Shown: positions 1-10,786 of the stretch, piece after piece
Layout of the letters: each line of letters opens with the position of its first letter
Numbering within the stretch: position 1 is the stretch's first letter
Source: an uncultured Acidobacteriota bacterium
Lineage (GTDB): Bacteria > Acidobacteriota > UBA6911
Direction: 5' to 3'
Length of the DNA: 64,000 nucleotides
Assembly (NCBI GenBank): GCA_963809485.1
Contig: CAWEJX010000007.1
Location: 352,001 to 416,000 of the forward strand
The notes under the pieces: generated by a model
Told to the model about the DNA's origin: nothing
The model's database searches: none
The model's input: only the letters and a program-made list of their open reading frames with translations
Position numbers and translations under genes: made by a program

Positions 1-572
1 TTCCCTTGATGGTCACAACGATCACTCCCGAAGAGAACCGGTCCCGCGTCATGGAAATTGGCGAAGACCATTCGCTCCAGAGAGGCCTCCGCGTAACGAT
101 TAATCGAAAGATCCTGGACCGCCTGAACGGGTCCCTGGCTTACGGCTACGGAACAGCCACCAGCCTGTCGGACATCGACGATTTTCTATCGAGCGGCGCT
201 TTGAACGGAAATCTTCTTCGCTATACCCGCCAGCAGTATCAGCATGCGATTACGGGCCAGCTCGATGCCATAATCCCGCTCACCAAAACCAACTTGCGGG
301 CGACGGTCCGATGGTATCCCGGAAATCCGCTGACTCCCATCGATTGGTTCTCGGATCGAATGGATATCGGAACCAAGTCGACTAACCTTGAAATTCGCCA
401 AGCCTTCCCATTGCCTGAATTCATGGGCAATGCCGGGCACTGGGAAATTCTGATCGACTTGCGCAACATTCTGAATCAGGGAAAGGAAGTGATGCCCATT
501 CCGGATGGAGAGATCGCCCTGAATCGGAATCCGCGCTCCATGCGGTTTGGCCTGAACCTCAATTTCCGCTAA
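1..572 (+). CDS. C-terminal part of an outer-membrane beta-barrel / TonB-dependent-receptor-like protein (5'-truncated by window)
   Basis: Amphipathic beta-strand pattern (GSLAYGYG, WEILIDLRNILN) and a terminal PRSMRFGLNLNF(R) motif resembling the TBDR C-terminal strand. Confidence 0.55.
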   Translation, partial: PLMVTTITPEENRSRVMEIGEDHSLQRGLRVTINRKILDRLNGSLAYGYGTATSLSDIDDFLSSGALNGNLLRYTRQQYQHAITGQLDAIIPLTKTNLRATVRWYPGNPLTPIDWFSDRMDIGTKSTNLEIRQAFPLPEFMGNAGHWEILIDLRNILNQGKEVMPIPDGEIALNRNPRSMRFGLNLNFR

Positions 573-777
573 AAACCCCATCCTCAACAAAAAGCTTAGC
601 CCGACTCCCGTGATGGTATAGGCATGGCCTTAATCCTAAGTTCTCAGGGGCCTTAGCGGCAACGCGTCACAGCCCGGGATGAGTTTATTGAATTTGGGCT
701 TCAACCTTAGACACAACCTACCGGATCCGAACTGCACTTCTCTGATTTTGGCTGCACGCGAAGATTGGATTCATCAT

Positions 778-812
778 CTTCCGGCAGAGCCGGTGGAACT
801 CGCCTTGGATTA
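778..812. repeat. Isolated IS200/IS605-like end hairpin relic
   Basis: Contains ccggc-aga-gccgg (781-793), the same hairpin core as the element end at 48310-48322. Confidence 0.4.
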
Positions 813-830
813 GGGTAGGAGCATTTTCCC

Positions 831-859
831 TTGCACGGTATTCGCTCATGGTTCAAAAT
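831..859 (+). promoter_or_regulatory. Putative sigma70 promoter
   Basis: TTGCAC-N17-CAAAAT. Confidence 0.35.
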
Positions 860-988
860 ATTGGATTAAACAATTCAAGTAGTTGGAGTATACTCCGCGC
901 AATCTGGGGCATTTTGGCTTGATCCACTGTAAAACTATTGATTTCAAGAATATATCTCAACCGAAGACCTGCCTTCAGGGCATGTCTA

Positions 989-1004
989 TGGCATGTAAAT
1001 TGCA
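989..1004 (+). promoter_or_regulatory. Putative sigma54 (-24/-12) promoter of the two-component operon
   Basis: TGGCATGTAAATTGCA matches TGGCA-N6-TTGCW with exact GG-N10-GC spacing, about 45 nt before ATG 1048. Confidence 0.65.
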
Positions 1005-1047
1005 TATCCAAGCCTTGCTGACATTCCAGCTGAACGAGATAGTCTCA

Positions 1048-3860
1048 ATGAACGCTTTTCCGGTTCCTTTCCGAATCGTGGCGCTGACACTCCTGAGCGG
1101 GATTCTTGTGCTTGTCGGCATGATGAATCTGCGCGATCGGTTCGGGTGGACGGATCCGACTGATGGAGTATATTGGGAGGAATCGGATGAAGGGCTGAAG
1201 GCTGCGGATATAGATCCGGCCGGGCCGGGAAAGGCTGTCGGGATCGGCCGTGGCGACCGGATGATGTCTTTCAACGGCCAGGCAATCGCCAATCGTGGCC
1301 AGTATATCGATTTGTTATATCAGGCAGGTCCCGGCACCTCGGTTACCTATGAACTGGCCGGCGATAAAGGAATCCGGAGTGTCCGCGTCCAGCTCGGATC
1401 AAAGGCTTTATTCACTGCCAGGGACGGCCTTCGCACGCTGCTCGGGTTTCTTCATTTGGGAATCGGCATTTTTGTGCTTTGGCGGGGCGCCAGGCTGCCC
1501 AGGGCATTTCATTTTTACCTCATCTGCCTCGGTGCTTTCGTCGTTTATCTATTCAGCTGGACTCCCAGGCTAAGCGCCCTGGATTGGTGGGTTTACGGGA
1601 TTTCGATTCTTGCTTTCCTGATTCTTCCGGCGCTGTTTGTTCATTTCTGCCTTCGTTTTCCGGTTGACACCGTATCCCGCAAAAGCCGTGCCTGGATCCT
1701 GTATGTTCCCGCCTTACTTTTCATCGCCTTGCAGCTGCTTTGGATCACAGGGCACCTCGCCTCATTCGGATTGCCGCGGACAGAGCAGTCCGGCAATCTC
1801 ATCGATAGGCTTCAGCTGGCCTATTTTGCCCTCGGATTTATCGTGGGCGGCATTCTGCTTTTGAAGATGCGCGTCAGGACTCGGGAACTGATGGTGCGTC
1901 AGCAGATGAAATGGATCAGCTATGGAGCGCTGGCCGGCGTGGTCCCCTTCAGCCTGATTTATGCACTGCCGGTGTTGCTGGGAGCGCGGTCGAATTTCGC
2001 CATGGATTCATCCATGCTTTTTCTGGGATTCATTCCTCTCTCGATTGGATACGCGCTTCTTCGTTACCGGCTCATGGATGTGGAGAATATCGCCCGGCGC
2101 AGCGCTGCATACTTCATTTCCAGTTCCCTGCTGCTGGCTTTGTATCTGCTTTTCGTGCTCGTTCTGGGGAGGGCTTTGCAGTGGGTGGCGCCTCAGGCGG
2201 ATTTCCTGGTGATTTGCGTGGCAGTTCTGGTGATCGCGCTGTTATTTGCGCCCCTGCGAAATGCCATTCAGGCCCGGCTGGATCGGCATTTCTACAAGGA
2301 ACAATTCGAGGACCGGTCCACTCTCCTGGATTTTGCCCGCACACTGAGTTCGGAAATAAGCCTCGAACCTTTGTCGCGCAGCATTCTCGATCGCGTATTA
2401 AAAACCTTTCAGATTGACAGTGGCGAGGTCTTCCTTTCCGACCCGGCGCACAACGGATTCCACCGTCCCGTATTCGCGTCGGACAGTGAGGCTTCGCGCC
2501 TCTACCGCAGGGAAGAGCTGATGGACGAAGGCTCCGCCGATCTTTTCAGCCCGAAGAGCGGCGCAAATTATCTGCACCGGACCAGTCCAGCGCTGCCGCA
2601 CAGGGGCTGCATTTCATCCAGGATTTGAAGCTTCACGGAAGGCGGGTCGGAATGATTGCGCTCGGCCAGCTGCCGAAAGGGAGTCATTTTTCGACGGAGG
2701 ATCTTGGATCTTCTTTCCGCTCTGGCCGGCTATGCAGCCATGGCTCTGGAAAATGCCAATCTTTACCGTTCGATCGAAACAAAAGCTCTGGAACTGGAGC
2801 GGCTGAAGGCCTACACCGAAAACATTATACGAAAGCATCAATGTCGCGGTGCTGGCGCTGGATTTAGACGGCCGGATCACGTCCTGCAACCGTGCTTTGA
2901 GGATTTGTACAGACGACCCGCGAACAGATCATCGGTTCGCGGTCGAGAATCTTTTGCCTTCCGGATGTTATCACTTCCATTCGGGGCGTTACGGGAAGAC
3001 AGGCTGGGATCTGACATCTCCCGCAAATATTTTCAAGCTGAACCTGGAAAACCGGCTCGGCAAGCGTCTGATCGTGAATCTGAGCCTGATCCCGATGCAG
3101 GATCCGCTGTCAGCGCATTCCGGTTCGCTCATCGTAATGGACGACATAACGGAAAAAGTTCAACTGGAGGATCAGCTGCTGCAGGCAGAAAAGCTCTCTT
3201 CCATCGGGCTGCTCGCAGCCGGCATTGCCCATGAAGTGAACACGCCGATTGCAGGCATCTCCAGCTATACCCAGATGCTCCTGAAAGACACTCCGGAAAC
3301 AGACAGGCGCAAACAGATCCTGGAAAAGATTGAGAAGCAGACATTCCGGGCTGCGGAAATCGTGAACGGCCTGCTCAATTTTTCGCGTCTGAACAGCAGT
3401 GAGTTTAAGAGACCTCGATATCAATCAGCTGATTGAAGACAGCCTTGCCCTGCTCAACCACCAGCTGCAATCTGAACCACATCAAGGTGGAATCCAGCGC
3501 TACGATCCTTCGCTCCCGCCGGTTTACGGAAACACGGGAAAGCTTCAGCAGGTCTTTGTCAATCTGTTCTTGAATGCACGGGATGCCATGCCCTCCGGAG
3601 GAGAACTGGCGGTTCAGACGGGAATGAACGAATCCATGATCGTCGTGGACATTTCCGATACCGGGCGGGGATATACCGAGGAAAACATCCGGAGAATTTT
3701 CGATCCATTTTTCACCACCAAATCTATCGGCAAGGGAACAGGCCTGGGTCTGGCTGTCACTTACGGAATTATTCAGGAGCACGGCGGCGGCATTTTTGTG
3801 GACAGCAGTTCCGGAAAGGGAACCCATTTCAGAGTCAAACTACCAACCAGGCTGCACTAA
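1048..3860 (+). CDS. Membrane sensor histidine kinase (PDZ - multi-TM - GAF - PAS - HisKA - HATPase_c), split by several frameshifts
   Basis: PDZ-like [12 protein letters not shown]; many TM helices; [11 protein letters not shown] (GAF end); H-box GIAHEVNTP; N-box [14 protein letters not shown]; F/G boxes FDPFFTTK and GTGLGL across ORFs 883-2628, 2656-3234, 2849-3436, 3399-3860. Confidence 0.9.
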
Positions 3861-3862
3861 GA

Positions 3863-5213
3863 ATGAAAAACGAACGGACGGATATTGGTGGTGGACGATG
3901 AGGAAATCATGCGGGAGGTCCTGTCCGCCCTTTTGTCATCCGAATCCTATACGGTCGACCTGGCCGAAAACGGCGCTCAGGCGCTGGAGATGATCCGGGA
4001 AAAAGATTACGGCGTTATGCTCCTGGATTTAATGATGCCGGACGTGGATGGATTTCAGGTTCTGGAGGAGCTGAAGAAGATCGAAAACAGCCCGGTCGCC
4101 GTGGTCCTCACCGCGTTTGCCTCCATCGACAGGGTCATGAAGGCAGCAAAGCTGAACGCCTTCGCTTTTATCACCAAACCTTTCAAGAATGACGAGCTGC
4201 TGCTGGCCGTTAAGAACGCCATGGAGCAATACGACCTCGTGGAAGAAAACCGGCGCTTGAAGAAATCGCTGCACGAGAGGTACAGCTTTCAGAACATCAT
4301 CGGCAAAAGCGCAGCGATGCAGCAGGTTTTCGATCTTATCGCGCAGGTTGCACCGCGTCGAAGCACGGTACTCATCCAGGGAGAAAGCGGTACTGGAAAG
4401 GAATTGGTGGCCAAGGCAATTCACGCCTCCAGCGGCAGGGTCGATGCGCCTTTCATCGCGATCAATTGCGGCAACATTCCCGTCGGATTTGTTGGAAAGC
4501 GAGCTGTTTGGCCACGTACGCGGAGCATATACCGGCGCGACCAGCGCCAAAAAGGGATTGTTTGAGGCTGCCGACGGAGGAACCCTTTTCCTGGACGAAG
4601 TTGCCACCATTTCGCTGGAGATCCAGGCCAAGCTTCTCCGCGTCATCCAGGAACGGGAGTTTCGCAGGCTGGGAAGTCTTGAAAATGTCAAGGTGGATGT
4701 GCGCATCATCGCGGCCACGAATACGGATCTCCAGACCGCCGTACGGCAGGGAACTTTCCGCGATGATCTCTATTATCGCCTCAACGTTATTGTGGTTAAG
4801 ATACCGCCGCTGCGCGAACGGACCGAAGATATCCCGCTGCTTGCCGAACATTTCATCAAAAAATATGGAGAAGAAAACCAGAGGAGGGTCTTATACTGGA
4901 ACCAGCTGCCATAAAGATCCTGATGGAATACGAATGGCCGGGCAATGTGCGCGAACTGGAAAACGTGATTGAGCGCGCCGTGGTTCTGTCGCAGGGCAAC
5001 AGCATCACGGCGGACCTCTTTCCAAGAAACATCACCATGTCGCTTCAGGGAAACAGTTCCCTGAAAGAGAGAGTCGGAAATTTCGAAAAAGCCATTATTC
5101 TGGCGGCGCTGGAAAAAACCGGCTGGAACCAGAAGAAAGCCGCCCAGCTGCTCTCTGTAAACGCCACAACTTTGAGCGAAAAACTCAAACGCCTGGGAAT
5201 CCGGTCCCATTGA
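3863..5213 (+). CDS. NtrC-family sigma54-dependent response regulator (REC-AAA+-HTH), frameshifted
   Basis: VVDDE..LLDLMMP receiver; Walker A GESGTGKE; [15 protein letters not shown]; LFLDEV; [10 protein letters not shown]; C-terminal Fis-type HTH. Confidence 0.92.
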
Positions 5214-5216
5214 GAA

Positions 5217-5271
5217 AGCACCCTCCGGCAGAGCCGAACTCTTTACGGTGTCCGGCCCCTCAAAGGGCCTG
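5217..5271. repeat. Degenerate IS200/IS605-like double-hairpin end relic
   Basis: ccctccggcagagccg...ggcccctcaaagggcc has the same two-hairpin layout as 47948-47996 and the start of the 61799 element. Confidence 0.45.
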
Positions 5272-5321
5272 ATTGCATCCGACAAAAGATGAAAGAGGTT
5301 CCATGGGCTATGGATCTTTTG

Positions 5322-5411
5322 GAACCGCAGAATGTCGAATATCGAATGATGAATTTCGAAGTGTGGCGCTGACTTCTGCGGTTCGATATTCGAAATTCGA
5401 CATTCGATATT
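5322..5411. repeat. 7-nt periodic palindromic intergenic repeat
   Basis: gaatgtc-gaatatc-gaatgat-gaatttc followed by the inverted ttcgata-ttcgaaa-ttcgaca-ttcgata; gaaccgcagaa/ttctgcggttc inverted pair. Confidence 0.85.
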
Positions 5412-5633
5412 TCCGTGTTTATCCTTTTGGTTATTGTCCGGACCTCGGAATAAAAAAATCCGGGATTTTTCAAACTCGTACGGCCTCCCCGACAGAACCG
5501 GGGGATCCCGGCGGATTAGGGGGGCCGGAGGGCAAAACCGCCGTCTTTACTTTCCTCGCAGGGCTTCCCGCGGATTGACTTAGCACCCGGTTGCCGATAA
5601 TTTTATGGAAGACATTTTTGCGGGAGGGCTTCC

Positions 5634-6605
5634 ATGCTCAGATATCTGCCCACATGCCTGCTGTGTATGCTGGCCGCAGCGCTCCAGATGCCAACGGCTC
5701 AAGCCGACTACAAGCAGGCCGTCGCGTTTTACAACCAGGGCCGCTACGACAAGGCGATTCAGGAACTGAAACCGGATCTCGATCTGAATCCCGACTGGGA
5801 ATTCGGCCATCGGCTGCTGGGGCTTTCCTATCTCGGCCTCAAGAACAACGCGCTGGCGGTCTCTTCCCTTTCCCGCGCGGTGCAGCTCAAGTCAGCCGTT
5901 TTTGCCACCTACTACGGCCTGGGGCAGGCCTATTTCAACATGCAGAAATACGACAGCTGCGTCACGGCTTTGAATCAGGCAGAGCCGCTCGCGGCCAAGG
6001 AGAAGGAGCCTGAAAAGGAGAAAGCAAAAGTTCACAGGCTGCGGGGCTCCGCATATTACCGGATGGACCGATTCAGCGATGCCGTAGGCGATTTGACCGA
6101 ACTCATACGGGCAAACCAATCGGACTGGTCGGATTTCTCAATGCTCGGCGTTTGCTATTTCAATCTGAACCGCACGGACGAATCCATTCAAGCCCTGGAG
6201 AAGGCGCTTTCCATGAAGCCGGGGCAGAGCTCGATATCCGACATGCTGGCAAAGGCCCATTTCAAAAAGGGAGTCGCGGCTCTTTCGGCCAAGCAGTATC
6301 CGGCGGCGGTGCAGTCGCTGACGAAAGCGAAAGATTCCAACCCCAAAAACGGCTACATTTATTACAACCTCGCGGAGGCCTATTTGTTCCAGAAGCAGTA
6401 CCCGGCGGCGGAGAAGGCGCTGATCCAGGCAGCCGAATTGATGCCCCAGAGTCCGGACGTGTACGGCCGCATGGGCCTCGTGTACGAAAAACAGAAGATG
6501 TGGGATGAGGCGCTGAAAGCCTACAAAAAGGCCGACGCCATCAGCCCTGCAAAGTGGATTAAAGAGGCGATCGCGCGCGTCACCGAGAACAAGAAACGCA
6601 AATAA
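5634..6605 (+). CDS. Exported tetratricopeptide-repeat protein
   Basis: Signal peptide ending AQA; multiple TPR motifs (YYGLGQAYF, YYNLAEAY, YGRMGLVY); RBS ggagg. Confidence 0.88.
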   Translation: MLRYLPTCLLCMLAAALQMPTAQADYKQAVAFYNQGRYDKAIQELKPDLDLNPDWEFGHRLLGLSYLGLKNNALAVSSLSRAVQLKSAVFATYYGLGQAYFNMQKYDSCVTALNQAEPLAAKEKEPEKEKAKVHRLRGSAYYRMDRFSDAVGDLTELIRANQSDWSDFSMLGVCYFNLNRTDESIQALEKALSMKPGQSSISDMLAKAHFKKGVAALSAKQYPAAVQSLTKAKDSNPKNGYIYYNLAEAYLFQKQYPAAEKALIQAAELMPQSPDVYGRMGLVYEKQKMWDEALKAYKKADAISPAKWIKEAIARVTENKKRK

Positions 6606-6647
6606 TTCCGCACGTTGCCCGAGAGCCGGAAGTTCCGCGCATGCCGA

Positions 6648-7754
6648 TCAGGGAGCCGTTACTTTGTAGGTCCCGGCGAAATTGCGCAGATTCCCGGATT
6701 CATCAATCACCGTCACCTTGTAATTGTATTGGCCGGGAGCGCAATTGGGCTCGATCGGGATCAGGGCTACCATGTAATCCGCTTCCTTCTCTGAAGCCGC
6801 CTGCGCCTGCATCAGGCGTCCGGACCGCTCGTCTTTGACAAAAACTCCCTCAGGCAGAAGATTGCCGGCGCTGTTCCTGAACAGCAGGCGCAGTTTCAAC
6901 GCACCGCCGGGGTGGACTGCTCCGGGAAAGAGTTCGGTCTGCAAAAGCTCCGGAGCCTTTTCGGCGGACACGGTGATTTCATCGGCGATTTCGTGTTCCC
7001 GGACGGTCTTCAGCCAGGTTTCTTCGAGGTCGGACACGGGCGCTTTAAACGCCGTCACCAGGCTTTGGTTCAGTCCGGCTTTTTTAAGCGATTCAAACAG
7101 CTTGAGCGGCCGGTCGCGCCCATAGAGTTCACGGAAAGTCGTCAGGAAGGTAATGCCCGGGGCTGCGCTCCGCAGACAGCGCTTGCCTGCCGAAAACTCG
7201 GTCCAGGAACGCTGAACCTTCAATCCGAGCATCTGCATCTGGTCGAGAAGCTTCGAAATAGCCCACGCGCTTTCGAGGTTGCGGGAGCTGTGCTCATATT
7301 CGTGCACCAGCAGCTTGACCATTCCTTCAAACAGGAACTCGGTATCCTCTCTCTCGGCGCCCTGGGAGAGCACGAGCAGTCCCATCCGGGCGATTTCCCG
7401 TGCCGCGTGGTGCAGGAGGAAGGTTGGCATTGCTTCAGCAGCGCCTGCCCGGCGCATCCCCAACTGGATGCTGCCGTGGAGGTAACTGCAACTGATTTCC
7501 GGCGTATCCCAGCTGATCTGGATGAGGATTTTTTTGGGAAGGCTGGCGCCCGTCGCCCTGTTCATGAAGCTGTAGCAGCGCTCGAGATCCGCGATCGTAT
7601 CCCTGCCCAGCGCCTCCCTTTCCGCCGGCATGCGGACGTTCACATGCTCGGAATTGATGCTGCCGATCAGCTGTGCCGCGGACGTGCAGGGCGAAAACAG
7701 ACAGACGCCCCCAAAAAGGAGCAGGGTAACTAAAGTAAAAATCCGGTTGAGCAT
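6648..7754 (-). CDS. Secreted peptidase-MA-like (gluzincin fold) protein with degenerate active site and C-terminal Ig-like domain
   Basis: Signal peptide; REIAR at the HExxH position followed by FLFEGM (WxxEG-like); YG..LKLF..L..AF..DLEETW tail typical of peptidase MA-like domains. Confidence 0.55.
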   Translation of the reverse strand: MLNRIFTLVTLLLFGGVCLFSPCTSAAQLIGSINSEHVNVRMPAEREALGRDTIADLERCYSFMNRATGASLPKKILIQISWDTPEISCSYLHGSIQLGMRRAGAAEAMPTFLLHHAAREIARMGLLVLSQGAEREDTEFLFEGMVKLLVHEYEHSSRNLESAWAISKLLDQMQMLGLKVQRSWTEFSAGKRCLRSAAPGITFLTTFRELYGRDRPLKLFESLKKAGLNQSLVTAFKAPVSDLEETWLKTVREHEIADEITVSAEKAPELLQTELFPGAVHPGGALKLRLLFRNSAGNLLPEGVFVKDERSGRLMQAQAASEKEADYMVALIPIEPNCAPGQYNYKVTVIDESGNLRNFAGTYKVTAP

Positions 7755-7791
7755 GAATCCATCTCGGGCCCCACAGGAATTGCGGAGCTGT

Positions 7792-8133
7792 TTATTTCGA
7801 AAAGCTTTTGAGGGCAGCTTCTTCGTCGTCGTACCAGTCGAAGACATTCAAGAGCTTTGTGATGCTGAGCAGATCGACGATGCGCTGGTTGGGGGACAAA
7901 AGCTTAAAGTCGCCCCCGGTCCGCCGGAGGGCTGTAAAGCACCGGATCATTTCACCCAGGCCGGCACTATCCATATAGGGAACTTTGGCCAGATTCAGAA
8001 GGATGCACTTGTTCCCCTTTTTGAGAAGATCATCCACTGCCTTTTTAATTTCCACATCCCCATCGCCCAAAAGCATCTTACCGTCAGCATCGATGACGAT
8101 TACGTCCCCTATCTTCCTGGTCGAGAACTTCAT
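7792..8133 (-). CDS. STAS-domain anti-sigma factor antagonist
   Basis: LLNLAKVPYMDSAGLG with the phospho-acceptor Ser; 113 aa. Confidence 0.93.
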   Translation of the reverse strand: MKFSTRKIGDVIVIDADGKMLLGDGDVEIKKAVDDLLKKGNKCILLNLAKVPYMDSAGLGEMIRCFTALRRTGGDFKLLSPNQRIVDLLSITKLLNVFDWYDDEEAALKSFSK

Positions 8134-8158
8134 GGATCCTCCGGTGCTTTACCCTGAG

Positions 8159-8188
8159 AAACTAACACAGCCTTGCAACGGCTGTCAA
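8159..8188 (-). promoter_or_regulatory. Putative sigma70 promoter of the STAS gene overlapped by an inverted repeat
   Basis: Minus strand TTGACA-N18-TAGTTT; acagcc-N7-ggctgt palindrome at 8167-8185. Confidence 0.4.
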
Positions 8189-8334
8189 TTTCGCCCGAAC
8201 AAACGAGGAGCTTCTCTTCCTCTCGGACTCAAAGATTGCAATCCCCGATCCCATGGATTCCCGGGATTCGAAGGTTTCTTGATCGCATCTGGCGCCTGTG
8301 CTATACCATCAAGGTCAAGTATCTGCAGTCCTAA

Positions 8335-9633
<1,299 letters not shown>

Positions 9634-9749
9634 GAGCGCTGGCCGGAATCGGCACCTGAGGCCCCCGGATTCCCATCGGGGAGAGCGGCCGTAAGAGCTC
9701 CGGCGGAAAAAATTCTGCCTCGACCCGGCCCCGTAGCAGAGGAACGAAA

Positions 9750-10724
9750 TTGGCGAGTGATCCCCTCCTGGAAGTCCGGCATCTGTCTATTTCTTACCAG
9801 ACTACCTCAGACATAATCCGGGCGGTCCGCGATGCCTCTTTGCGGATTTCGGAAGGGGAGACGCTGGCGCTGGCAGGCGAGACGGGCAGCGGAAAATCGA
9901 CTCTCGCTCAGGCGGTGCTGGGATTGACCGATGGGCAAGTCCGGGTTGAATCGGGTGAAATTTTGTTCCAGGGAACGGACCTGCGCTCCCTGAAACCGGG
10001 GGACTGGAAAAGGATACGCAGCCGGGAAATCGGCATCATTTTCCAGGACACGCGCAGCGCCCTGAATCCGGTTCTTACCATCGGCAGCCATCTGACCGAG
10101 ACGCTTCTGGCTCATCGGAAAATCCCGGCAAAAAGCGCCCGGGCAAAGGCCATGGAGCTGCTGCAGGAGGTGGGGATCCTGGGAAGCCACGTGAAGCTTT
10201 ATCCTTTTGAGCTTTCGGGCGGCGAGTGCCAGCGGGTTGGAATTGCCCTCGGGATCTGCAACAACCCGAAGCTGTTAATCGCCGATGAGCCTACAAGCGC
10301 GGTGGACTCCACCCTCCAGACTCAGATTCTCGGTCTGCTTCAGCGCATGAAGGAACGCCACAGGCTCGCTCTTCTACTGATCAGCCATGACCTGCCGCTG
10401 ATTTCCCAGGTCTCGGACCGGATAACGGTGATGTATCACGGCCGCATTGTGGAATCCGGTCTCAAGGAAGAAGTCCTCGCTTCGCCCGCACACCCTTACA
10501 CGCAGGGCCTGATCCAGTGCCAGCCGGATCTTCGGCATCACCATGAGACTCATCCCCTGGCGACGATTCCGGGATCGGCGCCGGTTTCAGGAGAAGAAGT
10601 CCCCGGATGCCCGTTTTCCCCGCGTTGCACAAAATCGGCGCCTGAGTGCCGAAATTCCCTGCCCCGTGTGCGGGAACTATCCGGAACGCACTGGGCGGCA
10701 TGCATCCGGGACGACATGAGTTGA
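9750..10724 (+). CDS. Oligo/dipeptide ABC transporter ATP-binding protein (OppD/DppD-like)
   Basis: GETGSGKS, LSGGECQR, LIADEPT, HPYT, C-terminal Cys cluster. Confidence 0.92.
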   Translation: MASDPLLEVRHLSISYQTTSDIIRAVRDASLRISEGETLALAGETGSGKSTLAQAVLGLTDGQVRVESGEILFQGTDLRSLKPGDWKRIRSREIGIIFQDTRSALNPVLTIGSHLTETLLAHRKIPAKSARAKAMELLQEVGILGSHVKLYPFELSGGECQRVGIALGICNNPKLLIADEPTSAVDSTLQTQILGLLQRMKERHRLALLLISHDLPLISQVSDRITVMYHGRIVESGLKEEVLASPAHPYTQGLIQCQPDLRHHHETHPLATIPGSAPVSGEEVPGCPFSPRCTKSAPECRNSLPRVRELSGTHWAACIRDDMS

Positions 10725-10786
10725 AAAGCGAAGCAGGAAGCCGGATGGCATGCATCCATTCCGGCTTTCGGCTTCATTGGATACCG

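Noticed and set aside
2600-4920. Multiple frameshifts in the kinase and regulator as pseudogenisation or programmed frameshifting
   Set aside because: All motifs are intact and similar small indels hit macA, tatC, sdhC, the SahR-like gene, ahcY and the nucleotidase, often at short homopolymers; long-read consensus error is the simplest explanation
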